From positions 1 through 64,000 of the forward strand of contig OZ025749.1 in assembly GCA_964019335.1 (NCBI GenBank): 64,000 nucleotides of DNA, given 5' to 3'. The position numbers were made by a program, and so were the translations under genes. Of the stretch, positions 10,301-20,704 are shown in pieces. Position 1 is the first letter of the stretch; every line of letters begins with the position of its first letter. Origin of the DNA: Diplonema japonicum. Lineage: Eukaryota; Protista; Euglenozoa: Diplonemea. The notes beneath the pieces were generated by a model. The model worked only from the letters and a program-made list of their open reading frames with translations, was not told the DNA's origin and searched no databases.

Positions 10301-12096
10301 CACCGATGAATCACAACCTGGTTGACTTCACCTCTTATGGAAGCCTCAATCTACCTTATTCGTGCAACACGCGCCCCGTATACGCCGCTGTGACACCTGC
10401 TTATATCCACCCTTTGCAGTGCTCATATGGGATCGCTATGTGGGTCCGCGCAGGAAAAAGCCTGACATCTGGCGTCATCTACCCACTTGTCTCCGTTCTT
10501 CCAGACATGTTATGGGGGGTATCGGGGCCTGCAAATCTAATCTACAGAACGGATGCAGATCATCTCAGTACGCCTTTCGCCTTCCCGACGTCGACGTGGG
10601 TGCACCTTGCTCTACTGGTGCAGGACACATCCGTCGTGATGTATGCAGACAGCCGTGTGGTGTACGCTGGTATGGCCAGCGCCACGTGTCTTGCAGCTGG
10701 ACACCTGTCACTTGGCGGGTTCAAGTCCCAGTTCTCCGTCGCCGAGCCGTTCCCGGGGCACTTGGCACATGTTATGGTGAAAAGGGGCAGCTTTGATGTA
10801 CTCGGTGTCATCCGTGGGCAGACAGCACCCGTCATAACAAACACGGCAGACCGTGTGCTATGTGGTGTGCTGTCGTGGTGGTCGGGAAGTAAATGCGTAC
10901 CATGTCCCAGCGGAAGTATTTACTCGAGACCGCCGCGGGACAGCTTGGCAGGGTGTGTGTGCCGCAGTGGGTTGGTGATCAAAGCGGGTCTTTGCGAACC
11001 GGAGCCGATTCTACTACCCGCCTTGCCGTGCCCTGTGCTGGACGTGGCCGCGGGTGAATCCGTGATCGCCTCATACTCCTACGTAGTGGGGACAGTCGCC
11101 GACGGAACGAAACACGAGGTGTCGGTAATTGGCCTTGTACCCAATGCCACAGCCAGACTGACCTGCGAGTGCGGTTCGCGTTATGTGTGGTGCTTCAACA
11201 GTACGCCCACGTCCTTGCGATTTGACTCAGTGACGCCGCATGACACTCTGTGCTACATACGGGTGGCGTCCGACCTCTCTGGCCACGCACGCGGCCAAGC
11301 ATGCGAAACGCCTGTCCGCGTGCGGTCGCGCTTGAGGGGCCTCTCGTTGGTGACGTCGTTGTTCCCCCGTAACCACACCTTCGTCTCCCTGTACCAGATG
11401 TATCCTTTGACCGTTCATTCGTACAACGTGCACGAGTGGCTATTCGACACCAGCAACGCGGAGATGCCACAGCACGGAGCAGCACTGCTCTCGGAACCCA
11501 ACGGGACAGCACAGGAGATAGCAGACACCTGGGAGCCTGTTTTAAGAAGCATACAATGTGAGTACAGGGTGAAATCCGCCACAGGGTACGGAGCGTGGCT
11601 GACCCATGACCAATCAGCACCTTTGCAGCTCCAAGTGTGGATGGAGCTCGAGCTGCGAATGACAGCCAATGTGGTTCTGAGTTCGTTAGTTACATACGTA
11701 CGCTACACAGGGTTGTCATATGAGCACTTGCTGCCGAGGCAGAATAAGCCGGATGGGAACAACACGATGAACGAAGAGGTAGTTACACCTGTGGAGGCAG
11801 GGCACAAAGGGGATTCCGGACTAGTTATAGCAATTGTCGTGGTTGTCTTTGTGGTCACGCTGTTCCTGGGCATTGTTGTGGCCCACTGGCTGTGGGAAGC
11901 CATACAGTATGAACAGCTCCAACAAAGCAAGATCGCACGCGACCGTGAATGGGCAATTCTGCCCTCCGTCGACGACGGCCACCCTTCGAGCACCCCACCC
12001 TCGTGGGCTCTCGAGTCTTCAACAACCGACATCTTTCCCCTTCGTACCACGCAACCTCTTTCTACAGCTGAGTTGACTCCTGTGACTACAGGATAA
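7387..12096 (+). CDS. Large type I membrane/surface protein (chitobiase/hexosaminidase C-terminal-like repeats, EGF, LamG-like, Cys-rich, C-terminal TM)
   Basis: 1569-aa ORF with a signal-like N-terminus, repeats PVMTPQGGVY / PLVTPQSGTY, EGF CVHGVC...CSCSPGYRGELC, LamG-like WVHLAL...MYAD and TM LVIAIVVVVFVVTLFLGIVV. Confidence 0.75.
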   Translation: MPAWLMFAVIVLQISKSPVPVMTPQGGVYRDAVLVEISGTGDVRYSTDLSVPSKMYISPLQLGVGVHVVKGTNQYQMQATSQEVEAKYIVQTVVNGCTSQIPSGDYTSLPLIVEFSTSEPNASLHYIQNGAVFQYMSPLVIWNVGMHNVSCFVKKSPEEVYLPSGETEYTFTLRKLLSSPLVTPQSGTYFSPQTFTALVVPGAAVEWNTTRGVLTTATLVLVPIGVHVVQCRAVPTSALPFYLASSWLSLTFDVRGKAAAPVFYLSDAVGSVQSPFVAPVRVELRSNTTGAEILYTHGVHGTSQPHVLYTGGFEVSKHGTTTLRASAVDLPLYMESDVSEVSFVIAYPCPQCVHGVCVRAKEYPTCSCSPGYRGELCDVEDKLFTLPPSATARASITTAMQLLKAYIPLQDPGPIRAPAAVRAVHDPWTGALKHHVLCSYPSVTPEPQLATINLLVASYSVLRGPGGFEAGWSAALGCYTANGAVCTSIVVGNFEDCFSRLDMLSEDVGAWQTRAAAWQLLDAAGEGTACITGRTEEMADHLASLPVSTPVDDVTQLREFLQEDKPDVALVLRYLSEGLQNVYASSGVSVMRKHKTDLEDVLNKVAANQPIKAWVQCTQPSCANDIDQERDPSAAAVSLSRLWHDAMPVLRGHLQSQDVLSAVHLTQAMLATVVYHVWLTIVPAVLLPQEPYDIQYAESVLRSRVSWWERGSVVMQSLASIFTSVHSMSEALANTSSKTLHCVRERVIEFHALRDFFTPCSNCDPSAPLAFPHLGVFTCTNHLADSTDVFFDASQAKQGDSGCAATGFEIHHARLAHDVPFMTPDAVRTERLRRLSSVAPEHTWTAGTPAVHEGASRVLSSDLDSRAGPVKTRQTPLHRAGHVLQRDAHVLSSCLDGTWGNLCKPCVGGENCTLGVKELCRNMPSGMGSYTEACEWVCDTPHTRRAGLGCVETTFGKYPISAMDDGACEPLPPMNHNLVDFTSYGSLNLPYSCNTRPVYAAVTPAYIHPLQCSYGIAMWVRAGKSLTSGVIYPLVSVLPDMLWGVSGPANLIYRTDADHLSTPFAFPTSTWVHLALLVQDTSVVMYADSRVVYAGMASATCLAAGHLSLGGFKSQFSVAEPFPGHLAHVMVKRGSFDVLGVIRGQTAPVITNTADRVLCGVLSWWSGSKCVPCPSGSIYSRPPRDSLAGCVCRSGLVIKAGLCEPEPILLPALPCPVLDVAAGESVIASYSYVVGTVADGTKHEVSVIGLVPNATARLTCECGSRYVWCFNSTPTSLRFDSVTPHDTLCYIRVASDLSGHARGQACETPVRVRSRLRGLSLVTSLFPRNHTFVSLYQMYPLTVHSYNVHEWLFDTSNAEMPQHGAALLSEPNGTAQEIADTWEPVLRSIQCEYRVKSATGYGAWLTHDQSAPLQLQVWMELELRMTANVVLSSLVTYVRYTGLSYEHLLPRQNKPDGNNTMNEEVVTPVEAGHKGDSGLVIAIVVVVFVVTLFLGIVVAHWLWEAIQYEQLQQSKIARDREWAILPSVDDGHPSSTPPSWALESSTTDIFPLRTTQPLSTAELTPVTTG

Positions 12097-12239
12097 GTTC
12101 TTGATCTATTTCTTCCCCCCCCCCTTTTTTTTCCTGGTTAATGTATGCTGAGAAAGAGGGCTGGGCTCCCCCTTCCTCTTCTTTTTTTTTCTTTACACGA
12201 GAAATCCTTCGATATTCGACTTCTCCCTCTCTCTCTCTT

Positions 12240-12271
<32 letters not shown>

Positions 12272-12435
12272 TGTGTGCATGAGAACGAGATTTTCGTTTC
12301 TCTTTTCCTGAATCTCGTTGGTCTCATTCCTTCTCCATTTTTTTATTTCTTTTTTTTAAAAATCCTCAGACAATCTTCAGAAAAGACTTCACCCCCCCCC
12401 CCCCCCCCACTACAGCATTTACACAAAGAGGAACA

Positions 12436-15400
12436 ATGTTGGGGGAGGGGGATGAGATAGATAAGAGGGTGAGTCTAACTAAGGGTGCACTGGAACTGCT
12501 CCAGGGAAGGAAAGAGGAGGAAGAAGAAGAGGAAGAGGAAAACGACGACGGGACGCCGCGAAGCTACATGGAGCAAGACGCGGGGGCCGCCGATGTACAG
12601 GTTCTTACGGAAGTGCAGGAGATAGAGCAAGTCTTTGTAGACCTCCGCCTGCGAGACGGCGCCAAAAGGTCGTATCCCTACGTCCTCGATACAGGGCGTG
12701 TGTACAATTACACGAAATTGAGGTTTTACAGAAGGGGTAGAATCGCCACACATGTAGGTGAGGTTTGCCTGCTTGGAGCCTCTTTGGTACGTGTTGATGC
12801 CAACCGCCCTAACTTCCACCTGAAGGTCCCAAACTTCACGTACTACCTCCGCGTGCAATCGGCCGAGGAAGAGACAGGCATCGAGACACGAATAGCAAAG
12901 TGGATCCGTGTTGCGAACACCCCCTACACCAACGTCTCAAAATTGTTCCTCACAATCGACGTCTTGTTTAATGAGGAGCACACACAGGGGTACCTCCGGG
13001 AGGGCACTGTTAGGGTGGGCGAGCTGCCTTGTCGGAAATGGGAGATGACCAGCGCTACGCGGTTCTCGGTTGTCCTGATCACCCTGCACCACGACAGGCC
13101 CCAGAACCTTTACTTCTCCTTCCTTCACAGCCATCTCGGTCCTCTCATCCACAACGGCCCTGTTAAACTGCGAGAGTTAACTGGAATCCATACCTCGCGC
13201 CCATTCACCATTACCGTCCCTTTGTTAGAACGTTCACGAAAGAGTCCTGGTAGTCTGCGTGTCAGGTGGGACATCGCTTCGGACAGATACCTCAAGCTGC
13301 AGTGGTCCGGCGTTAACTTGTGGCGGAAGGATTTTGTGAGAAGCGACCCCTTTTTTAGAGTCCGCCGGCAAATGGCCCCCAGCGAAGAGGAAACTGTGGG
13401 GGGGCGAACCATTTATAGGTCAGAGGCTTACCGAAACCTGGCCAACCCATCCTTCTTGCCGCTGCACATCGGGGTGCATCCCGCGTACGTGCTTCCGGAG
13501 TACTGCAACTGCCAACCCGAGAACATAGTGCTGACCACGTATAATGAGGAACTGCCGTTGATCATCGACTGGGCGGCCGAAGCGAATGATTTGGATGACT
13601 ATAGGATGCGGCAGAAGAAAGACACGCAGGACAGCAGCATTGCGAAACAGCTTGCAGAGCAGATCAACAAGCTGACGAAGACGAAGCGAGCGCTGAACGA
13701 CAACGAGACGACGTGGACTGCAGTGCGCCCCTCGGAGCCGCTGGTGGTGGAGATCTGGGACAACAACTGGTCGCGGCAAACCAGGGTGGCACGCCCCACG
13801 TCGATGGGTTCCTTCGAACTCACCCTACATGGCATTGTAGGGGACGTTAACTTAATGACACAAGAGTGTGGAGAGCTACAAAAATATCAACGGACATTCA
13901 AACTGATCAGGGAGGCCAAGTATAATGATGACGAACCCCCTGCGTCCGAGCAGTCCCGCACTCTCAACCACGTTAGGCAAGGCCGCGGTCCCGACTGCGC
14001 AAACGCACAGTCCACCGTTCTTCCAGCACCGGAGTCCCGCATGCGTACATTAGAGAGCAAGATCAGGCTCTCTTCCATCACGCTTAACGAACGCCCTTCG
14101 TTCCTTCACTTCATCAAGGCAAAGTGGTGTGTGGAGATGGTCGTCTGCATCGACTTCACACACGGATCGCACGCCCACCACAAGCAGAGCAAGGTGACAT
14201 CGGCGGGCAATATCTTCCAAGTTCTGATCAACCTATGCATGCAGTGCCTGGCACCGTATACTGGGCGGGGTGGGTCTGACTTGTACGGCTTTGCCGGGAT
14301 GCAAACAGGCGGTGGTGAGTACCAAGTGTTCCCCATACACAAGCAAGAGAACATCGCGGAAGTGGAAGTGCAAGAGATGAACGAGAGCGCAAGCGACAGG
14401 TCGGGGAGTGAGAAGGACAACTCGAGCAAGGAGGGTGAGAGGGAACGGGGCGTGAAGAAAAAAACCCTCGCACATCTCGTGTCGCACTCTCCAGACCAAA
14501 CAGATCTGCAAGGCAAGGCCCTGCAGCTAGGGTACAGCAAGACGAAGGACAAGATGCAAAGACTGGTGGACACCTCTTTCCCAGTGTTCCTTCTGCCGAC
14601 GATAAGGACATGCGCTGCTCGTGTGAAAGAGGCGGCTTCACAGCGGCGGCGTGCAACAGCGCAAACAGAGAAAAGCTACTATGCTGCATACGATGCCTTC
14701 ATGCAAGCAAAAGCAGCCAACAGCACAGCAAAGGCATCCGCTTCCCTTCTACGGATGGCGAAGTGCCTCGACAAGACACCGCGCCACACGTTCGGTGTAA
14801 GCGTGATCATCATAGGGAGCTCAAAGGATGTGGCTGACATAAATGGAGCGCTCGACGAGCTGCGTTCAATGGAGAAGAAGAAGACGCCGTTTCTTTTCTA
14901 CCTCTTGTTCATCGACTGCCAGGCACCGCTCGTGTTCCAATCGCTGCTCAACTGCATCACCGTTGACATCAACACGCCCCCCACCTTGATCCAATCCTCA
15001 TTGCACCTTTTGGCACGGGGGCTGGGTTTCTTCCCCTCACGCTTTGTGGACTTCATGCGGCTTCACAACATCGAGCCCAATGAAACGGTATCCTCGTACA
15101 CTGCCTGCCTTGAGGAGGATGAGGTCTGGCAACAGGACAGGACAGCGTTCACAAGCAGCGTGTTGAGCGAGCAGAGAAGCCCGCAGACCCGTAAACACCC
15201 AAGGAAGGATTGTGAAGAAACATGCGGGCAGAGCTGCGAGGACAACAGAAGCACACCGATGCAGCGGGACGAGTTCCACATCACGTCGGGAATGTTCCTT
15301 CAAATCTTCGGAGGCAGCACGACAGATGAGTATGCGGTGGCCCCTGAAGACATGGCCTTCCCACTCACAATGAACGACGCTGACAGGCGTTACAGAAAGG

Positions 15401-16428
15401 CAGTCTCGACAAAAGGCCACGAAGTGTACGCATTGGTGTCTGACAAAAACGGTTTAGAAAAGGACACGCTGCGACACGAGCGCGACATGACGGTGGTGGA
15501 CCTGTACATGGCGGAAGGGCAGATGCAAAAAAAAGAGAAAGCAGACCAAAGACTTCGCGAGTACCTGTACGAAAAGACGGCGCAGAGGCGGAAGTCATCC
15601 GGGCTCGCCGCGGCACACCAACGGCTTCTGAGAATGCGCGAGGAGTCCGGGAAGGAGGACAAAACAAGAAAAGTCTCGATAGTCAGCGTGAACAGCGAAG
15701 CCAGTTTAAAGAGCAAGAAAAGCATAAAAAAATCATTCAAAATGGCTGCTGCATCAATAGCTGGGTCAGGAAAGTATAGCAGGGACGGAAACTCGTCCTC
15801 TGGGTCAAGCGACTCGTCGTCCGACCGAGGGTACCCCTTTGCAATTTCTGTAAAATCAGGACAGCCTGCTACCCAACCCAAGCCAAAGCACAATCTGCGA
15901 CGGTCTGTCAGACGGGGAAGCATCGCTGCCAACAACCTACACCCCCTGCCATCAGTGCTTAGCGATGAAATCGAAGAGAGCGACAGTTGTGGCTCAGATA
16001 CCATCATGCAGCAACAGGCAGGAAGGCTCACATCGCAGCGAAACGCAGTAAAATTCTACGGTTTTGATGGACCAAACGCAGGTTACATTAAGGTGGTACC
16101 TCCCATGCTCGATATACATAAAAAGGAGTATCGGTCACTTGGCGGTGGTTTGAAGGTAGACTGGCACCTTGACAAAGGTAAGCAAGCAGAGCTTTTCTCG
16201 ATGCTCAAAAAGCCTCACAGTCTGCATGCGGGGCCGCCTATCGAAGCGAAGTCGAGGGTGGAGCTGCAGGAGGAGATAAAGCGTATCAACCAGGTCGCCT
16301 CTCGAAAATCCAGTTTTTCTTCCTTTGCCGCCCGGCCCACCACCGCGAGGGCAGGGCCCCATGCTGCGAAACCCCCCAAGCAGCCACGGCCTCAGACTGC
16401 GCGGATCGGGTCGTTTTACCACAAGTAA
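12436..16428 (+). CDS. Copine-like protein (PH-like region, C2 domains, vWA domain, low-complexity tail)
   Basis: 1330-aa ORF with C2-like KDFVRSDPFFRV and LVVEIWD, and copine vWA-like VCIDFTHGS ... LYGF. Confidence 0.65.
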   Translation: MLGEGDEIDKRVSLTKGALELLQGRKEEEEEEEEENDDGTPRSYMEQDAGAADVQVLTEVQEIEQVFVDLRLRDGAKRSYPYVLDTGRVYNYTKLRFYRRGRIATHVGEVCLLGASLVRVDANRPNFHLKVPNFTYYLRVQSAEEETGIETRIAKWIRVANTPYTNVSKLFLTIDVLFNEEHTQGYLREGTVRVGELPCRKWEMTSATRFSVVLITLHHDRPQNLYFSFLHSHLGPLIHNGPVKLRELTGIHTSRPFTITVPLLERSRKSPGSLRVRWDIASDRYLKLQWSGVNLWRKDFVRSDPFFRVRRQMAPSEEETVGGRTIYRSEAYRNLANPSFLPLHIGVHPAYVLPEYCNCQPENIVLTTYNEELPLIIDWAAEANDLDDYRMRQKKDTQDSSIAKQLAEQINKLTKTKRALNDNETTWTAVRPSEPLVVEIWDNNWSRQTRVARPTSMGSFELTLHGIVGDVNLMTQECGELQKYQRTFKLIREAKYNDDEPPASEQSRTLNHVRQGRGPDCANAQSTVLPAPESRMRTLESKIRLSSITLNERPSFLHFIKAKWCVEMVVCIDFTHGSHAHHKQSKVTSAGNIFQVLINLCMQCLAPYTGRGGSDLYGFAGMQTGGGEYQVFPIHKQENIAEVEVQEMNESASDRSGSEKDNSSKEGERERGVKKKTLAHLVSHSPDQTDLQGKALQLGYSKTKDKMQRLVDTSFPVFLLPTIRTCAARVKEAASQRRRATAQTEKSYYAAYDAFMQAKAANSTAKASASLLRMAKCLDKTPRHTFGVSVIIIGSSKDVADINGALDELRSMEKKKTPFLFYLLFIDCQAPLVFQSLLNCITVDINTPPTLIQSSLHLLARGLGFFPSRFVDFMRLHNIEPNETVSSYTACLEEDEVWQQDRTAFTSSVLSEQRSPQTRKHPRKDCEETCGQSCEDNRSTPMQRDEFHITSGMFLQIFGGSTTDEYAVAPEDMAFPLTMNDADRRYRKAVSTKGHEVYALVSDKNGLEKDTLRHERDMTVVDLYMAEGQMQKKEKADQRLREYLYEKTAQRRKSSGLAAAHQRLLRMREESGKEDKTRKVSIVSVNSEASLKSKKSIKKSFKMAAASIAGSGKYSRDGNSSSGSSDSSSDRGYPFAISVKSGQPATQPKPKHNLRRSVRRGSIAANNLHPLPSVLSDEIEESDSCGSDTIMQQQAGRLTSQRNAVKFYGFDGPNAGYIKVVPPMLDIHKKEYRSLGGGLKVDWHLDKGKQAELFSMLKKPHSLHAGPPIEAKSRVELQEEIKRINQVASRKSSFSSFAARPTTARAGPHAAKPPKQPRPQTARIGSFYHK

Positions 16429-16660
16429 AAAAAACTTTTTTTTTAAAAGAGGTGGCATGGAGAATATCACCACACGTACAAGGAATATGTCATTTTTTTT
16501 TTCTTTTTTTCGTTACAAGTATTTTATCCTTCAAAGAAGAAAAAAAAAAAAGATTTTATTTACTATATGCAACACTTGTGCCGAGCAGCTTCATTTGAAA
16601 GGAAAAAAAAGAAAAAAAAAAAGAAAAAAAAAAGACGTATGGTCATAAAAGAATTATTTT

Positions 16661-16708
<48 letters not shown>

Positions 16709-16967
16709 TTCTTTTTTGCCTTCCCTCCCAAGATGTGCTTCCGACATCATCCCCGTTACCTTATTTCCTTTTTTCTATTTGTAAGGAAGGGTTCCCCATC
16801 CTTTTTCTTTAAGTCCCGTGTCGTTCTTCTTGTGGAACATGGCAGTGTTTCTAGCTGTAGCTGAGGCGTGCTGTAGTTATTGCATCCCAATCTTCGACTG
16901 TTTACATTGCCTCAGAGGTTTCGTCACCCGTCTTCCTAGCAAGCAAACAAAAAAGGCAGGGGGAGAA

Positions 16968-16998
<31 letters not shown>

Positions 16999-17001
<3 letters not shown>

Positions 17002-18876
17002 TTAAAAATGATAGCAGGGCTGTGTCTGCTGGCAGCAGCACAGGGCGCAATGCCACCCTCGATGGGGAGGTGGGGCCAGGTGATGGACACCGACACCCCA
17101 TCGGTGGTAAACTGCACTTGGAAATATTTCACGCAGAAGCTCGACCACTTCGGGAACTCAAGCTACACCTACAAGGAGAGGTACTGTCTGTATGACAAAT
17201 TCTGGAAACCCGCGACCGAGAGCGGCTTCAAGAACACGGCCGACCAAGCCCCTATCTTCTTCTACACAGGGAATGAATCACCTGTTGAGGAGTACGTCAA
17301 CAACACAGGCCTGATGTGGCAGCTTGGTGAGAAGATGAACGCCCTGCTCATCTTCGCCGAGCACCGCTACGAAGGCCTCTCCGTTCCACAGATGCACGGG
17401 ATGACAGACTGCATCACGTACTGCACAACATCGCAAGCTCTCGCCGACTACGCCGCACTCATCAAGTCTCTCAAAGAAGAGTATAAAACCTCTGCCCCCG
17501 TCATCGCTTTTGGGGGTTCTTACGGTGGCATGCTTGCCGGCTGGATGCGTATTAAGTACCCAGAGGTCATTTCCGGTAGTATAGCTGCCTCTGCCCCTGT
17601 TAGCGGCTTCCCGTCGATCGGTGGTAAGTCGGGTCTTTCCGCGTCATCTGATGCGGTTGGCCGCGGGCTTTCCGCCAAAGGAGGTGCCACCGATACTTGC
17701 TTCTCCAACCTTCGCAGCACCTGGCCTCTTCTTCACGAGGTGGCCAAGACTCCTTATGGTCTTGAGACCATCAACAAGGCCGCACGCAGGTGCGATCTCC
17801 ATTCTTCCGCTTCATCCATCGCCAACTGGGGACAAGGCCCCTGGTTCAACATGGCAGAGGGCGACTACCCCTTCCCGTCCACGTACATCACCTTCTCTGT
17901 GGGGCCTGGCTACTACCCCCTCCCTGCGTGGCCCATGAGGGTGGCGTGCAGCAAGGGGCTCAACAACGACATGGGCGTCAAGGTGACAGGGAACGTCCCG
18001 AACGTGGACTACTCCATCAAGATGGGCGACATCGATGTGCAGGTGGACTGGGACAAGCTGACGGGGAATGGAGCTACCCTCACAAAGGAGCAGATCGACG
18101 CCTCTGGTGTGTTCGACCTGGTGCGTGCCATGACAGACGCAGCCAGCGTGTGGTACAACATCACTGCTGATAAACCATGCTACGGGGCGGCCGACACAGA
18201 TGAGAGTGAACGGACCGAAGAAAAAAAACAGAAGGGAGACGTGGAAAGCGGAACCTGCGAGTCATGCCCCGTGTGCGATGGGTGCCCACCGTGTCCTCTG
18301 TGCAACAAGCAGCCCCCGAAGGCATGCACGTGGGAACAGAAACCGGTTGCCAAAACCTTCGCGTGGGGCCCAGTCTGCTGCAACGAGGATCTGAACCTGG
18401 CGAACACCGACGTCCAGGGTGTGGGGGGCGACATCTTCTGGCCGCCCAATGTTCAAAAGGACTACACACTGGAGTCTGTAATCGGGCCCCACACAAAGAC
18501 TCCCGGGTGCTACCCTGAGTACAATGCCCAGGGTCTGTACGGTTCGCCTCTATACAGCGACAGGTGGTCCAACTGGATCACTGCCTACTATGACTCGGCC
18601 AACGTCGATAAGTACACCAACATCGTGTGGAGCAATGGTGCGCTTGACCCTTGGTCTGGGGCGGGGGTGTACCCTCCCGGTGGGTCTGCCCTGGGTCCCA
18701 TGGTTCAGAATATCACTGAGGATGGCTCTTCTGTTGCGTTAGTCATTGACCTTGGTGGCCACCACTTGGACCTCTTCTTCTCCACCCCCCAGGACCCTCC
18801 CTCCGCTACGCAAGTCCGTCTGCTCGAGGAGCAAAAGATCCGTGAATGGTCCCAACAGCACTACGACTCGTTGTGA
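16999..18876 (+). CDS. Serine carboxypeptidase S28 (lysosomal Pro-X carboxypeptidase/DPP7-like)
   Basis: Signal peptide, FTQKLDHF, IFFYTGNE, AEHRY, nucleophile GGSYGG, NGALDPWS and GHHLDL. Confidence 0.93.
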
Positions 18877-19123
18877 GTTTCTTATTTTTTTTTTCTTTTT
18901 TTTTTTTTTTTTTTTTTTTTGTTGAACGTTTTCCCCGCCCTTCCAGCTTCAAAAATGCCCTCCCCCTTCACAATCGATGTCGATTTTGATTCACCAAGAG
19001 TGTCCCTTTTTTTTTTTTTTTCTTTTTTTCTTCTTCTTCATCGCTTCATGGCATTTTTATCTCAAGGGTGGTCTACACAAAAAGAGAGAGAAAAAAAAAA
19101 TAAAATAAAATAAAAATACATAA

Positions 19124-19495
19124 ATGTCGAGCAGGAACAGCACGGCTGTGGTAACTCCACCCATCGGCGGTGGGCCGAAAAGGTTTGGAAATACTGGTAT
19201 GGCAGAGTGGGTCCAAGAAAAAAAAAAAGAAAAAAAAAAAAAAAAACAGGCGAGAAAGCGTCAAGCGCACCCCTTGTAGGAAAACACCGGTTTTACGTGT
19301 GCCAAAAATGTAGAAAGTCCTTCAGGCTGAAGGAAGGGGGCGGGCTGTCGAAAGGGACAGAACAGTGCTTTCAATGGTTGGAAGGTATACCCCCTCCCTC
19401 CCCACTTTTTCTTCTCATCCACGACTAGAAGCCGTAGACGGCGAGCTGACCGCGAATGAGATGCACCAGACAGTAAGCGCATTACTACAGGTATT

Positions 19496-19536
<41 letters not shown>

Positions 19537-20513
19537 AGTACGCAGCGGATAAGGTTAACACAGACCTGCCGTTGTGCAGGGAATGCTGCGAGCTGGTGTC
19601 GTGGGGTCCGGGGGGCTTCGCAGAGAAACTGAAATCGAACACGACAGACAGCGAGGTGTACCAAAGCAAACTGGAAGAGCTGCAACGCGAGCCAAGCGAA
19701 AAGGAAGAGGTGGCAGACTCCGAGCTCGAGGAACTGAAGAAAGTCGAAGCAGAGCTCCTAGAAGCCCTAAAACAAGCAGAAGCCGAGGACCGAACAGTCC
19801 AGGCAGAACTCGACGCGGCCGAGTCGGACCGAAAAGCAATGGAAGAGGAAGTGGAGAGGTTCTGGGGAAACCTGTCGGATCTTGCCGTCGCGGAAACCGA
19901 TTTAAAGGAAACATCAAACAAGTTAGAAAGACAACTTACCCTTCACAAGGCAGACCTGACCCGTCTCACGAACACAAACATTCTCAATCAAGCGTTCCAC
20001 ATCTGGTTTGACGGACACTATGGAACAATCAATAAACTAAGGCTTGGAAAATTGCAGTCGCAGCCGGTCGAGCAAAATGAGGTAAACGCTGCGTGGGGCT
20101 ACGCTGCGCAATTATTGGTGATCCTCCTTCGGATATGGGGAGTGAGAACAAGCAGGTACAAGGTCATCCCGAAAGGCAGTTTTAGTATCGTCCAAAAGTA
20201 CGGCAGCAAGACGAATCAGAACCTTGAGCTGTGGTCCGGCGCCACCGGGCTCTGGGCATCCACACGGTACGACAACGCGGTAATGGGCTTTGCGTGCTGC
20301 ATCGACGAGCTGTGCAGAAACTGCCTCGCGATGTTCCCCAACGAGAAGCGTATCCCTTACCCCATTAACGACGATCTTGTCGGTGGGCTCTCCGTAAAGA
20401 TGGCCGCCTCACAAACCGACGAGAACTGGACCCGCGCCTTGAAATTCCTCCTCCTCGACCTTAAGTGGGCAGTCTGCATGACAACGTCCCGCCTTCGAGA
20501 CGAGTACAGCTGA
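19124..20513 (+). CDS. BECN1: Beclin-1/Atg6; exons 19124-19196, 19250-19384, 19429-19490, 19539-20513
   Basis: Spliced model gives the N-terminal YVCQKC motif, LPLCREC, a coiled coil, and BARA motifs FHIWFDGHYGTINKLRLG, EVNAAWG and WTRALKFLLLDLKW. Confidence 0.9.
19197..19249 (+). other. 53-nt GT-AG intron with poly(A) before CAG
   Basis: GTATGG...(A)nCAG, phase 1; links ATG 19124 to the CQKC frame. Confidence 0.72.
19385..19428 (+). other. 44-nt GT-AG intron, pyrimidine-rich
   Basis: GTATAC...CACGACTAG, phase 1; joins the CQKC frame to the main Beclin frame. Confidence 0.8.
19491..19538 (+). other. 48-nt GT-AG intron, GTATTC-(A)~39-CAG
   Basis: In frame and stop-free; if retained it would insert poly-Lys just before the conserved LPLCxEC. 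Confidence 0.85.
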
Positions 20514-20521
20514 GCATTCCA

Positions 20522-20578
<57 letters not shown>

Positions 20579-20704
20579 CTTTCCCAGAAATTCTTCTTTT
20601 TTTTTTTTTTTTTTTTTTTTACTGGGTATTTTTTTTTTTTATCCCATTCCCCTCAAAAAAAAAGGAAACAATAAAAAGAAAAAGAAAAAAGAAAAATAAT
20701 AATA

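Noticed and set aside
16860-16920. Hairpin GAGGC...GCCTC followed by AGA, like a euglenozoan single-hairpin H/ACA-like RNA
   Set aside because: No rRNA or snRNA target could be identified by eye and there is no snoRNA cluster context.
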